From the NCBI GenBank assembly GCA_047967505.1, contig CM106538.1: 64,000 nt of DNA; one strand, written 5' to 3'. Below, piece after piece: positions 1-14,176 of the stretch. Positions within the stretch are counted from its first letter, which is position 1. Each line of letters opens with the position of its first letter. A model generated the notes under the pieces. The model ran no database searches and was not told the origin of the DNA. It saw nothing but the letters and a program-made list of their open reading frames with translations. Source of the stretch: Dipteris shenzhenensis (lineage: Eukaryota). A program made the position numbers and the translations under genes.

Positions 1-3000
1 AGATGTTATCGGTATGCTAGTCATGTACGAGCCCAGACATTCATAAGAAGGATCTGCTGACCAAGATAGCCTCATATCCTGGCTGTTGGGTGAAGTCCAC
101 AACTATGAATTTGACGGGGTATGTGAATCTAAATACTTTAATGTTAATACCAGTAAGGACTCCGAAGGGTTCTACAGTTTTGCATCTAATTGTATGATAC
201 GGTTAATCTCATATCGTGGGATCAACTCAGGGGGTGCATCCATATTGTACTGAAAAGGAGGGAGCTTGTCCATCTAAATCCCATGTCTGGCAAACCATGT
301 GGATATACGTGCCCACCCCACTCTCAGCTAGTCGTCTGGATGACTCTAGAGCTAGCCTTAGTAGTCTCCATTGAGGTAAGTCCTAGACTCTCATGTGAGA
401 CTGAGGGCTTTGATCCAAATCATCCTAGATCCCATAGTCACCTGTAGCCGTCCAAATCTCCTTCACTCTACTATTGGTAGATCACATCCTCGGAAGGGTG
501 CTGCATACATGGCAATCGATCATACTAGCGTATCGAAGAGCCAGCACTTCGTGGTGGATCCTGAAAGTGTGCCTAGAAGCACTATCTCTCCAATCGAGCT
601 AGAGCACCACACCCCCATGTGAGTCATGCGTGGGTTGCATGTGTTATAGTGAAAAGGGTCCTATGAAGACTACTCCTAAATAGGTGTAGGACTATACTAT
701 CTCCATTGGCTACCATAACCTTAGTCTTCCCAAGGTTGACTGTCAAGTCTGTCTCCACCTCTAGGGCCTCCAAATGTCTCTACAACCCCTCCACTGAAGA
801 TAAGATAAGGACTATGTCATCAGCGTATAGCAATATCTGTATCATGAGATCAGCCAGTAGTGATCCTTTGCCTCCTAGGTGGTCTATGAAGGAAGTGATC
901 TCATCAATGTAAAGCCTAAAGAGGGTTTGTGAGAGGGGGCAGCCCTGCTTCATTCTAATCGTACTCTCAAACCCAATTTGATATACCACTTGGGGTACAA
1001 ACTCTGCCTCTCACTGACTCATACAAGCTCATCACCCCCCATATCAGTGTCTCTAGAATCTATAGTTCCTATAGTCTCTTGATCATGCAAGACCATGGGA
1101 CAGTGTCAAAAGCCTTTTGAAAGTATACAAAACATCTGTAGAGCTTTTGGTGTCTAGACCTCGCCTCCTCAATGATAGCCCTTAGAGTGAAAATGCAATC
1201 TAGGGTAGAATGTTGTCTTCGGAATCTTGCCTGCCCTAGTGCTCGTTGCCCCTGAGCCTCTGCCCCCTCTCTACAATTGATCCATAAATCTTGGCTAGAG
1301 TGTGGCCAATCATGAGGATATGGTAGTTCCTAGTCTCCATAGGGTCCCCAGCTTTGTGTATCAGTACAATGGCGGTAGTGCTCTAAACAAGCAGGAAGCC
1401 ATGGCACACAGCCTGATTGAACATATGTGCTAGGACACGGCTAGGACCTCCTGCAAAGTGCTCAGTCTGTAGGCCCTCATGGTCATGCGTTCTTTGATTG
1501 TGTAATTGTTGAAGTGCAACCCATACATTTTGTGTGGTGAACAAGTGGGAAGTGATGGGCATGGGTATAGAGGACATATTCAATGGTGAATAAGTGGCAA
1601 GTGGTGGGCTTGGGCATAGAGGACATGTCTGGTGGCGTCTGCATCTGGGCATCATAGAGGCAACATGCATACGTGTGCCACACATGTGGATCGATGATGG
1701 GAATAGGTGGCTTCCCCTCTAATAGAAACCTCCATCCAGTGGTCGGGTCTCCTCCTCAAAAGGATATGACAATCTTGTCCATCCTATGTGTGAAGAAAAC
1801 CTGTCTCTTACAACATGTTAATTGTCAAAAGATCCTCTATGTCTCGAGTGGCGTCAGATGACCCAAAGCCCACTCCTGTGTAAAGTAGGCTCTTGCCTCT
1901 CTGTAATCATCATCTAACCAAGCATTTTGGGGCATCTTCCCATCTCAGATCCGCATGGGTCGGGTTGTGGGAAAGGACTTGGTAGTAGCATCTTGTACCA
2001 CAGAGACAAGGGTGTCGGAGGCACTCGCGAGGTCTATATGATCTCCAAGTAGAACTAGAAGCTCCTTGGCTAAGCGACTCATGTACACTAGGTCAAGGAC
2101 ACGGTCAAAGTGGATCCAGATGTGTGTAGGCATGGGGGGAGCTCTCCCTATGGCTGGCATGGTGACAGAGATATGGAAAGCCAAGTATGAGTGGTCAGCT
2201 CTGAGTGGTGGGGGGGGGTATGGCAAAGTTGTGTATCTGTGAGACAAAGTCTAGTGGGCCTAGTAGATAGTCCACTATACTAGACCCACCGCCATGTGGG
2301 AAGCAAGTGAGTCCTCTAGATGATGGCCATCTCTAAAGATCGGTATAAATGATCAGGTCATGGATTCCTCCCAGCTCAAGCAGCTGTCGTCCATATCTTC
2401 TCACCTATGGGGCATCTATAGAGTGCCTCAATATCCCGCGATCAACTATATCGAGGATTACCAAAAGGCGAGCGACAAAAAGCGAGCGAGCCAAAAAAAG
2501 TGAGCAATAAAAAACAATAAAAGATTTATAAATCCCCCATTTCAGTAGCAAAAAATAATAACTTATTCAAAAGTCCATATGTTTCCTAAATGCTAAAAGG
2601 TTAAATATGCATATAACTTTCTGAGCCACTAACACTAATTTCACATCATCCATGAGATAGTTTGTATGTTCAATTTCCAATTCATTGTTTGTATTAAAGA
2701 CAACCCTGCAGTAACTGCAATCAAGTTCTCTCTTTCCACTAGAGTAATTGAGATCATCGATGCAACCTTCCACACAGGTGGGGTGTTTCCAAGGACTCCT
2801 TGCATGGATTAGTCTAGATTCCATGCATATGTAAATGCTTAGCTTTTTTAGCTCTATTCACTCTTGGAATGAAACCCATGTTTCTTTGTTACTGGAAAAA
2901 TATCCTTCCCTAATGATTTATTCTTAGCTCCCACTAATATAACCAATGCAACAAATTAACCACAAATTCATATTTTGGTGCATTAAATTTTACTAGATGG

Positions 3001-4700
3001 TGCACAAAGACATGATAATCATCTAAAGTACGCCTTGCCATTTGATTTGATATGTAACATGACCCTGTTTGGGCTTGTAAATCAAAAGATACAAGGATTT
3101 GAAAATGCCCTCTTTTGGGCCAAAACAGGGAGTGCATTAACACGCTTCCTATTTTGGCCCAAAAGAGGGCATTTTCACATCCGTGTATTTTTGCAAGATG
3201 TCAACATATTATTTTTTTGGCCCAAAAGATGAGTTTTTAACATCCCTACATCTTTTTATTGTCAAATATAAATGGCATGATGTTACATATCAAATCAAAT
3301 GACAAGGCATGATTTAGATCAATATCATGCCTTTTTGTACCATCTAAAAAAATTGTGTGCATCAGAATATGAATTTTGTGAGATTCTGTCCAATTTTTTG
3401 CACCAAGTTTAAAGCAAGGTCTCCCATAATGGGGACGAGGAGACATTATCTATTTTGGCAAAAAAAAAACCAAAATTTAACATCCTCTACCTTTTAATTG
3501 CACTCTGGGGATCACTCTTCATAAACCCATAAAGCATGTGCAAGCAAGCACGTATTAAAAATTACCCCTATTCTTGCAACTTACATTTTGTCATGTAAAT
3601 GGTTGAACCCATGTATGTGTTTACATTTTAAAATATCTACATATATAAATTACATTAAGTTGCTATTTTATAAATCCCCTCATGCACACAAACAACATGT
3701 AAGTCCCCCCACTAAAAAATACCCCTCAATGCACAAAAGTGGTATGTTACGTGTTTATGAGTGACCCCCCAGGATAATTGCCAAACCCAAATGGGGTCAT
3801 GTTACAATAGTCCTTAAATTTAGACTACTCAATTTCAAGAAATGTGACACATAACCACTCTTTTGAATACTTTATACTTCAAGCAATTATTTTATAAAAA
3901 ACTTAGATTCTTTCTTTACTTGCTTGATTTTCCAATCACTTCAACTAATTGTCGCTCGCTTCTTTGGGCTTGCTCGCTTTTTCTCGCTCGCTCTATTGAC
4001 TATCGCAACTATATCGAGCTCTAGGATTATATGTGGATCTCTATCATTGGAGAGGATTTTGGCATCAGTCATAGGGGTGTCCCCTAGTGGCAAGCCTCTA
4101 GCAAGTACATTTAGATATTTATTGTCCTATCTTTTGTCCTATTCAAGAGCATCTGAAATGATCTCCTTTTTAGGGGCTAATGTGGCTTTCTTAACCACAT
4201 CCTTCTATTCCTGCTTCTTGGCCCCTCCCATGGTGATTTGCTATTTGAGTTCAGCGTGCTTCCCTTGCATTGTGGCTTGCATGGTTGTAATGTCTTTCTT
4301 GAGTTTGGCATTTTCTACTTTGAGCTCTTCCATTGCCTTGCATGCCTCCTCTTTCAGGTCCCTTTTACTTCTTTGATTTGTTGTATCTCAACTTCCAATG
4401 CAAGCACTTTATCCTATAGGCTGGTTTTGTCTTTCTCTCATTCCTCTCTCTTGGCTTTTTCTTTCTTCCATTCTCCCTATATCTTTCCACCCTATTTCTT
4501 CATTTCGGCTACTACCAATACCTTGTCTACAAGTGCTTTCTCTACTAGCAAGGCCATATTACTGTCTTCTAGGTTATCTATATTTTTTATGAGGGCTGTG
4601 CACATCTTATTGAGGCTAGTGAGAACATTTTCTTCCACCTTATTTGGTGTCCCTACTGAGTAAGTTGCCATGGCACTGTCTAGAGCCTATTTAGCCCATT
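1..4700 (-). mobile_element. Degenerate non-LTR retrotransposon (LINE, RTE-X-like) with endonuclease and RT remnants, split by the insertion at 2455-4006
   Basis: RT motifs in ORF 780-989 (KQGCPLSQTLF...ILLYADDIVL). An endonuclease-like stretch reads in frame across the insertion junction (DPHIILELDIVDRGILRHS...YGRQLLELGGIHDLII). Many stops. Outer boundaries approximate. Confidence 0.8.
2455..4006. mobile_element. Non-autonomous TIR DNA transposon, probably Mutator-like
   Basis: Direct repeat CAACTATATCGAG at 2443-2455 and 4006-4018 (11-13 bp TSD depending on termini). Imperfect ~55-bp TIRs rich in GCGAGCGA. Removing the element restores the LINE reading frame. Confidence 0.7.
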
Positions 4701-5499
4701 TGTCTTCAACACAACCACGTGTTGGAATTTTGTAAGCTCGCTCTTGTCCCTATTTGTTTTGCAGAAACATAACAAAGCATATAATTCACATATTTACTGC
4801 CTAGAAGAACTTCAAGCATGCTAGTCTCTCTCCCTTGTCTTTTCCTTGTATTTTCAAGATTGCATTGTGTTGGCATATTGCTGGGATCCCTTCCTCTACA
4901 TTTTCTTGATTTTCCTAATTTCATTCTTGGGTTTCCTAATCTTCTTGCTGGTTTAGTAGGTCCTTGGCTGGTTGGAGCTATGACCAGCCTCCTATGGCTG
5001 TGACCAACCACCTTGGCAGAGGTAGAGGGGCCTAGGCTAAGGCATAGGAGCAAAAGCCCAAGCTTGTTGGAGCGAGAGCAGCAGGTGTGGATGTAGCAGA
5101 AGTAGCAAACGGTGGATGCAACAGCAAATGGCAAGCATAATTGCAATGATCCTCTACATGCTAGTGAAGGGGTCAAGCACAAGGGGGAGCTAGGCGATGT
5201 ATGAGGATGTAGTTAAAACCTATGATAGAGCATTGGTGATGGCCAATATGTGTAGTCTGATGTGGTCTCCTAGTTGTAGTTCTGCATTGGACAAGTGCCG
5301 TTGTCACCTAGGTTGGTTGTGTCTCTGGTTTGGTAAACATCCAAGGAAGTTTCCCAAGATTTGTGCATCAACCCATTGGTGAGTCTATTGTGTCTCTTGC
5401 TTTGGACTTGGCACTATCACCTCCCTTGGGCCTATCGGTCCGTACTATTTTACTAAAAAACCTCAGTCATCATGCTATAAGTGGAGTCTAGATGTGCAT

Positions 5500-8400
5500 G
5501 TTGAGCTCACCTATGTGTCTTGAGCATATGCTCTTTGTGTGGGACACCCTCATGAATGAAAGAAACCATACATCTCTAATGTGGATCCATCCCTAAAGAG
5601 ACAGTGGCAACAACCTCGGACCTTAGAGTACAAGGGCATCTTAAAGTGAATTGATCCTCTGACTCAATCACCTGCCAATCACATAGAGTTTATATGTGAC
5701 CCTCTCCAAGTATGCCCTCAACCCATCCACTCTCAATTCATAAGCAGTGCAACGAGACACATAATCACCCAATCAATATCCTCAAGAAGTGGGGAGTTCA
5801 ACCTATGTATATCCTAGTGGTTCAATGAGGCCCTCCTCCAAAATACACAACTGAGTGCCAACCAGGTCCTAAATGTGTGTAGCTATATGAGATCCTCCCA
5901 AATAACCTCGTTGACCTCTAGATATATGACCCTGATAGAGGGGGCCTCAATGCTAATCTAAAAGGGGGTTAATCTATCCCTACTTAATTGAGCTTGCATC
6001 TCTAGTCGTATCACAAAAATTGGGCCAAAGAAAAGAACCCCCAAGAATGTGTAGGATGCAACAACCTCTTTCCGTAATCTATGTGCATGGATGCTTAGGA
6101 TGTGTTGAAGATCATGACCTTGGTTTTTACCAAGATTGATCTTCAAGCCATGTGTTTGCATAAAGGAGGATATGAGTCAAAGAGCTAGCAAGAGAGTCAC
6201 GTGGCCCCCTAGCATCCCAATGAGAGCCTTGACCTGGGTCTATGCAGAGGCCAAACAAAGTTCAAACAAAGTTTGTGATAGTTGACAATGTTGTTTAACT
6301 CAGTAGTGCTCATGATCTCCTTTGTCCGTGCTACACTCATTTGAACCATGTTTGATACCCTCTCATAGAGTTCCATGAGTGCCCAAGAGATCTCCTAATC
6401 ATACCCCAACTCTTGTAAACATTTGATGAGGCGAGCTCTCAAAACTATGTCAAAAGCTTTGCTAAAATCCACAATGCAGTAATAAACCCTCTGTCTCCAT
6501 GATTTAGCCTCCTCGATGACCCTGCTACATGCAAGTATGTGATCTATATTAATAATCAAGCCAAAAGCTTGTGGGTCCCTTCGCCCCGAGTCCTTAAAGC
6601 TTTTGTAAAATGGCTAACCTTTGTGTTGAGTATTGACACATAGGTGTTGAGTACTGACACATACACCTTAGACATGACATGCACAATCATAGTATGTAGT
6701 CCCTCATGATGTTTAGTCATCATTATGAAGCTTCAAAGCTGCATGTTTGACACTACCTGTTGTGAAAAGATCTTAGAAGTAGGATGATATAGGTGTGAGA
6801 GCTCATGTGATGGCTACTAAGAAATGTCACTTTAGAGCTACATTCAACACTGTCGGTGACTGTGAAAAGAGCTCAGAAGTAGGAAGGTGTAAGTGTGATA
6901 GGTTAGGTGATGGTTGGTGAGCTATGTCATGCAACATGTGTATGTAGGAGTGCCATAGTGTAGTGTCCATGAGAGGAGATGGGGCTCGTTTCTCAAGGAA
7001 CTTTTGCCAAAAGTCCTTATAGTTGTTACTAACTAGGATGTTTATTAACTCCTCCTTGTTTTGGCAAATGAAAGCCTGCTTCTTCCAATGAACCAAAATG
7101 AATGCTACTTGCATATTGGCTCTACATCATTGAGAAGGTGATGCTTATTCTAGAATTTGAGTTGATGCCATGGAGCCTTACACTCATCATCGTACCAACT
7201 AGTGCACTATACGAAGCTAAGAGGCAGTGGATGAGTGGAAGAGGTGGTGTGTGTAGGGCAGCCTGTTGGAGAAAGGGGTTGATCATAGGCAGCTCATTCC
7301 TATATGAGTGATATGTCATTGATATATGTGAGTAGAGTGAAAAGGTGTGCCCTCAGTTGACAAGCTACGATCAAAGTGTATGCCATTATAGGTAGTGTGA
7401 GTGGGTGGTACAATGACGTGTATCGTAAGATGGGGGATGGGTATACTAAAGAAGAGATAGGTGTGATCTGCTCCTAGAGGTCATGGAGTGGCAGAGAAAT
7501 TGGTGATATGAGAGGTAAACGAAGGTGATCCCGTGAGATATTCAACTACATTGAAGCCACCCCCCGTATGGGAAATAAGTGAAACCACCTAAGGAGGGCA
7601 TCAATCCACACTATTATAAATGACAAGATCATGTAACTTGCCCATGTCTATGAATGCATGCCTGTAGGATGTGAGTAGGAATTACCTATCTACAAAAACT
7701 CGAGACATTATTGTTTCATCTAAATCAACCTTTGCCAATAAGATAGAGTCGTTGTGATAACGTATGCTTGTCCTCATGTTAAAGGTTCCAAAAAGGAAAA
7801 CTTCCTCGTGGCTAGGGAAATCTATGATGTCAAGGTATAGGGATGTGTACGGTGAGGTCTTAACCTCCTCGTGTATGTCTTAACTAATTGTGAGGTCTCA
7901 TGAGGGAAGTTACATCCAATGATGGTCCTATCGAGAGGGGTGTCTGATCCAAATCCACATAAATCTAGCAGATTTCACACCTCTCGACAAAGATTGTCCT
8001 AATGAGAGCTAATTTGTACAGTATTGCCACTCCTCTTAATCCATGCACTCCACATATCTCATGACTCTCATCACAGTAGGCTACCTCCCACTTGTACCCA
8101 CTGATTGTGGGTAAAGGGCGCCTAGGGTTCTAATGTGTGTTAAGCCTCTTGGCGAAGATCATCCTTGGATTTGGTGATATGATGCCAATACGGTTCCAAC
8201 TAGTGTAGGTCAGGGCTTTGGTACTCTAAATCTCATATACCCCTTCCCCTATCTAGGGGAGCCACCAGACACTTATTGAGAACCTATCAAGAGCTGCCTA
8301 TATTGAGAGCATGGCCCCCCTTCCCTCCTTGTAGGCAATGCCCTGCCACTATAGAATGGTGAGCCTCTCCTCCACCTATAGATGTGTGAGGTCCTTATTG

Positions 8401-8600
8401 AAGTATATCTCAATGCAATCTTGTAATGTTGATCATATCCATAGTACACTTCCTCAATCTCATTCTCTGGGACTCCAAGGATGGAAGCCATGAAGCTACT
8501 CACATGAAGGCCATCTCCTCACTCTGATCTTGAGATACTTATTGGCTCTCTACTGTTGCTCCATGATGGTGGGGTGAAATGGTGGCCTTTGCTAGCTCCC
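5500..8600 (-). mobile_element. Second, more decayed LINE of a similar family (EN and RT remnants)
   Basis: ORF 5958-6161 (HGLKINLGK...SYTFLGVLF) resembles the LINE RT at 47908-48465. Minus-strand VDFSKAFD-like motif near 6450-6475. Boundaries approximate. Confidence 0.65.
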
Positions 8601-11263
8601 ATTGGTGGATAATTTTGACAAGTGCTTGCAAGATGATTTGTGGATGCTAATTGGCTATGTATGACATCCATTTGTAGCACCTAGGACTTGGGACTAGGTA
8701 GGGGCACTAGCTTTTTTATTTTTAATGCAAAAGCATGAAAAAGGCATGGAGCAAGGCCTAAAAACAAGGGAATTGGTCGCCTCACCTATGCCTGAACAAA
8801 AAGTCATGATTTTTTACTTAAAAGTATGGAGACACTTGGTTTGAGTAACAAGGGAGCTAATTATGGACATGGGAAGCTATTTTTAGCATGAAGAAGGTGC
8901 TAGAACCCCAACCAACAATAGCCCAATCTCTATCTTTGTGGAGTTTTCCTTCTTTGGATGCCAAAAAGCAAGTTCGATTTCAGCTATAAAAGGGAAGGAT
9001 GGGGTGCTTAGTTTCAAGCAATTAGCTCATTTGTCTTTTCGATTGCGAGAGGTAGTAGCTCTCTTCTTGGAGAAAGCAGGAGAAGTTGCAAAAATTGAGA
9101 TAGTCATCTGTTCGATGGTCCATTTGGGGCACTTGTGCTCAAAATTTGGCTCTGAGTTGATCTGAAGAGTTGAAAATCAAATTGAGAGATACACTTTTCA
9201 TATTTTCTTTGTCTCAATCCAAGGTCGTGGTTGGCAAAAAGTTATGGTCAAATTTGTAGACAGCACAGTTGTGGAGGAAGCATGTCGACTTTTCTCATAT
9301 TGCTCTTTTTGTAAACTCCAACAAGGTGGTGTCACCTGAGGAGTACTGGTGAGTAGAGAATCTTCTGCTATACCTCTGATATATTGGTTCTTCCTTGTCC
9401 TTTGCATCTCTTTCTCTATTGTCTATTCGTCGGCAAGATTGTGTTTGAGCGGTGGTTGATTTCTTGCATTCTTGGGTTTGTTTCTTGAGAAGACCTCATG
9501 TAACCTTTAGTGATTGTGGTAGTTGTGAGTGTCATGTGAGCCTGTTGTGTTGGTGGTGTAGTGCCAAGTCGAGTGTGCACTCATCTATCTTTTCCCACTG
9601 TCTTGCAATATCCAGCTATCTCGAATGTTCTACAATAGTCGATTGCATGGTGGCTATCTATGTCTCTACCAACTGCCCACTACAATTGCCGCCTCCTTAA
9701 GGAACTATAATATCTCATTCCCAAGGCTATGGATGAGGTAGTCTTATCATGGACCTCCATGATCGTGTGATCCCACGCCTTGAGTGAGATCAAATGTGCA
9801 TGAGGTCATGAGTATGGGTAGGGCACGAATGGGGGGTGAGTGATGGGGTGTGTCATGGACATAGTGACCTAAGACTGAGAGTGGTAGGGAGGCAGCTGAA
9901 ATGTAGATGAGGTGTAGAGAAGAAAGGTGGCTAGCTTAGGGGTAGGGGTGAGGAAGGAGGATGCACTATAAGGAGGCATAAAGTGGTGGGAGAGTGATGC
10001 AATAGTGGTTGGGCTAGGAGGGCATATCAAGGCCACCATTGATATCGAAAATGATTGTGCTGCCATCTCTAAAGATGATGAAGATCATGCGATGATGTCG
10101 ATGATGATGACCTTGAGGCTGAGGCTGACATCGAAACTAAAACTGCTGAGGTAGAAGTTGTGATGGATACCTTTTGTACAGCTTGCTATGGTTGTTGCCC
10201 TAATTCATGTTCTTTGATTTTCAACTGCCTTTGCTGCTTCTCTTCCTTTTTCTTAGCTTTGTCCCATGTTGCTTGCTACCTTGTCTTTCTCCTTATTATC
10301 TCCTTTGCTGTTGTATAGTTTCGAGTTCCTTATTATCTCCTTTGCTGTTCTAAAGTTTTGAGTTGAACTTGACCATTATATTTTCTTAACAAAATCTTGC
10401 TTTAAGTATCATTCCCACTGCTCGCCCTAAAGTTAACCATTAAATTTTCACATTCCAACTTCTTTCTCTTCTTAAAAGTCCTTATAGTATCTACTTTAAA
10501 GGGGTTAAATTTACAAACATTTTTAACGGCCAGTTAGAAGATTTAACTTACCTACATTCTAAAAATGCTAACGGGAATGCACACTAATGTGGACACTCTG
10601 ATAAGAGCCTTAACTAGTGGTCCATAGCTGGTAATGGAAATAGGCCCTATGAGATCAATATGATGTGCATAAGGCAAGAATGCCGGTTTTTGGTATAGCA
10701 TATGCTCAGTTATTGGCAGTGCTATGCTATTCATAAACTAACTTTTATAGGGCTCTGATGTGCACATCAACATTGTCAAAAATAGGATTGCAGGTGATGG
10801 AAACCAACAAAGGGCTTCATCTACACACTTCATTCCCTACTAGGTGGCATTATCTGGACACCAATGAAGGGCTTCATCAACACTCTCCATTCTAGGTTGG
10901 AATAGAGGTGCCACCTATCAACCACAACACGGAAACACACAGACTTGCATGGAAACATGCCTCTACCAACTTGTAATTCGTCATTTTACTTGCATGTGGT
11001 AATGACCCTTTCAATAATGTTGGTGCTTGCAGCCACCCTTTTGGATGCAACTTTTACCTATCTTAGCTACTTTAAACCATTGCTAGCCATACAGAGGGAA
11101 TTAGATAGAGTAGGATAAGAAAGCTTATTTTTTCAATGCTTTTAACTTGAGTCTTGACACCTTTTTGAATTGAATTTAAGTTATTCAATTTTTTGAAAAC
11201 CTTCCCAAAATAGCACAAACTATGAGTAAGAAACCTTCCTTCGTGAACTATGATTATTCCTAA

Positions 11264-11265
<2 letters not shown>

Positions 11266-11308
<43 letters not shown>

Positions 11309-11329
11309 TGAACTATAATTGCTCCTAAG

Positions 11330-11422
<93 letters not shown>

Positions 11423-11492
11423 AGCCTATTGCACACCTACTTGTTCACCTACCATAGCGGGCTTACTCACCTACCATACTTTTTTGCCCACC

Positions 11493-11531
<39 letters not shown>
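11266..11531. repeat. (CT)n and (TG)n microsatellite cluster at the Gypsy insertion site
   Basis: Directly visible dinucleotide runs at 11266-11304, 11331-11422 and 11496-11531. Confidence 0.95.
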
Positions 11532-11535
<4 letters not shown>

Positions 11536-12513
11536 GTCCCTGTTTTACCCAAGTGCAAGTTCTAAGGGCGTTGGTCACCTACAGTCATGTTGTTGCTCAT
11601 TGTAGCATAGGTGTTCACAAGTGTAGCATAGGCCCTTAGGTCATGTTCCGTTGAGAGGTGTAGGCTAAAGCATGGAAAGCAAATCTCATGGGTACGTGAA
11701 TGAGAAAGAGGGCTTGATTATAACGATTGATGGAGGCTCTCGCCTCCATAAGAGTTCAAGGGTTTAGAAGGGGATTTCAGGGTTAGAAGTGGGGACAGGG
11801 TTGAGATAGTTAACTAGGAGTTCCAGGGTTCAAAGGGGGTTGCAGGGTTTAGGAGGAGTCCAAGGTTGAGGAGTGGAGAGCTAGCCTCCTTTGCAGATTC
11901 GAGGGGTAAGGGTTGAGGAGAAGGGAGGGAGGAGGAGGAGGGAGGAAGGATGAGGAGGAGAAGGGAGGAGGAGGAGGAGGGAGTTCAAGGGAGGGAGGAA
12001 GAGGAGATGGAGGAGAAGGGAGGAGCAGGAGGAGGGAGTTCAAGGGTAGAGAGTGCAAGGGTAAGGGCATGCTAGAACATGATAGTGTAAGAGAGCATGG
12101 ACGCAATGGAAATCAATCACATGAACACAATAGTGAGCTTGAACACTGAATCCTAAAGAGTGGGAGCTTCATTCCATTTGAGAGATATTTATACATGTTG
12201 GTCTCTCCACTTTTGGGGGGGACCTTTTGGGTCTCTACACAAACTGGGGGAACCTTTTGGGTCTCTACACAAAGTGGAGGGACCTCTAAAAGAGTAGGCT
12301 TTTAGTCTTTCTCTCTCTAGATCTTGATTTTGCAAGTATGATTGGATCTTTTCTAGAGAGGATTTTGGTTATCCTGATCCTTTAAGATTTATCATACTAT
12401 CTTTCAGGATCAAGATATCATAAGCGGAGCTTCACCGCTACTCTACACACACAATGCTCTCATAGTTGTTGTCCTAGACTACACTTCTGGCCCTTGTTGC
12501 CATAGGGTTAACA
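11532..12513 (-). repeat. 3' LTR of the Gypsy element (982 bp)
   Basis: Reads TGTTGTCCCTG...GGGTTAACA and aligns with 28714-29809. Confidence 0.92.
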
Positions 12514-12646
12514 ACTACCTTGGACCGATTTGATTACCTATCCTCGGGTTATGGTTGGGTCTTCAGAGGATGTTGTGATGCGGTTTTTTTAACCCAATGA
12601 GTATAGTAAAGATGGCAGTAGTGATAGATGGACCGAGCTTCTTGTG

Positions 12647-13884
12647 TCAATTTTTTCCTTGTAATCCACGAACACCGTAGATTGCTTGCTCAGTTTTTAA
12701 GAAGCCAATGTCAACCATTTCTTCAAACAAACACACATAATGCCCTTGAAGAGATATGGCCCTTTGAAAGAGGCGACTTGTTGTTTGAGCATCTATCTGT
12801 TGATTTGGATTGTTGAGCAAATGGTCATAAATGGTGAGGGACACCTCCAGGATGGCTGCTAAGGCTTCACTGTATCTTGCACTTTCCTTGAGTGTTTTGT
12901 CATCACTGCTTTGCATAATTGATGCATGTCTATCCAAGGCTCTGATGAGTGTTTCCTGGCTTGTCCATTTGATTTTAGAGTTTCTATTGATTAACGGCTA
13001 ATTGCGAGGAGCATCTGCATTATCTAGATCATGATGATTGGCATTCCACCGGTAGCGACGGGGCACCACATCAAATGTGGGATGCGTGCGAAAGGAAGAT
13101 GGAGCTTGCATATATTCAAGGAGGTACTTTTCATTAAGTAGCTTTGGTCTACGCCAAGCAAGCTGTGGCTCCAATTTCATGCTGATGTTTGGAGTGATTT
13201 GTGCTTGGCGGATACTCATTGAAATTCCCGAGAGGTCCCATCATCCTCTTGACTGTATGTTTGGGTATTTTCTCCAAAAACCACCAATGGGATTACCATG
13301 CATGGGAATCCTATCTGTATGTTGTTGCAACTCTCTTGTGGGTGTGCGTATTGGATTATCCAATTCTTGAAGCTCATTGATGGAATCATTAATGGTGTCT
13401 TCCATAGAAAACTCAAGGGAGCTTGAAGGGACATGTGGTCTTGGGGGAGAGGACGATGTTATAGGGGAAAAGCTTGAGGTCGAAGCAAGTAGTGATTTCG
13501 AGAAGTTAGAAGTAGGGATGTTGGAGGAAAGTGGAGGGAGAGCAGGACAAATTGACTTAGCAACTTGATAATCCTCAAGGGATGGATTGTCAAGTGTTGG
13601 GAAAAAGTTAGGTGTAACTGGATGATAGGAGTTAGATTCTTGGATTAGGCGATAGTGTTGAGAGCATGGCAAGGAATATGGATTAGCATGGATTTTTGGA
13701 AAGGTATGGAGGATAGTACTGGAGTTAGGTAGGGATGTTAGTAGATCAGAAGAGAGAGTGGCAAGATAGGGGAGATTAGATTGAAGGTAGACCATATATT
13801 CCTTTGGTAGATCCCTATCGCTTCTGGTAGGCATTGACAACTTTAATTTTGGATTTTTTTGGGAGTTGTATCCCATGGAAGTTA
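12647..13884 (-). pseudogene. 3' part of the Gypsy extra ORF (unknown function)
   Basis: ORFs 13241-13903, 12998-13219 and 12647-12937 lie in one frame, separated by single stops. The frame joins 17127-17369 once the nested element is removed. Confidence 0.7.
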
Positions 13885-14176
13885 TGACAAAGTGATGGAT
13901 CAAGGAGGATCAAAGCACCACAAGAGAGACATAGGGTAGCAAACACTCAATCTATTGCAAATGTATACTCAACAATACATGATAGGCTTCTTATATAGAG
14001 AGAGCCTTTAGAATAGTCAACATCTGTGGGATCCTCTGATCCACATCTCTCCTTGTGGATATCCTTGATCCACATATCTACATCATGTAGTCCACATCCT
14101 AGGGTGGCTACTTTAATTCTTTCCGATACCATACCTTAGCCTTTAATTTATGTGCTCATGGCACCATATCTCAACA
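13885..14176 (-). repeat. 3' LTR of the nested Gag-only element
   Basis: Reads TGAC...TCAACA and is adjacent to the PPT (AGGGGAGG on minus). Confidence 0.92.

Noticed and set aside
2567-2824. Possible Ulp1-like protease remnant in the Mutator-like element
   Set aside because: Only a vague DC-motif resemblance, not supportable without an HMM search.
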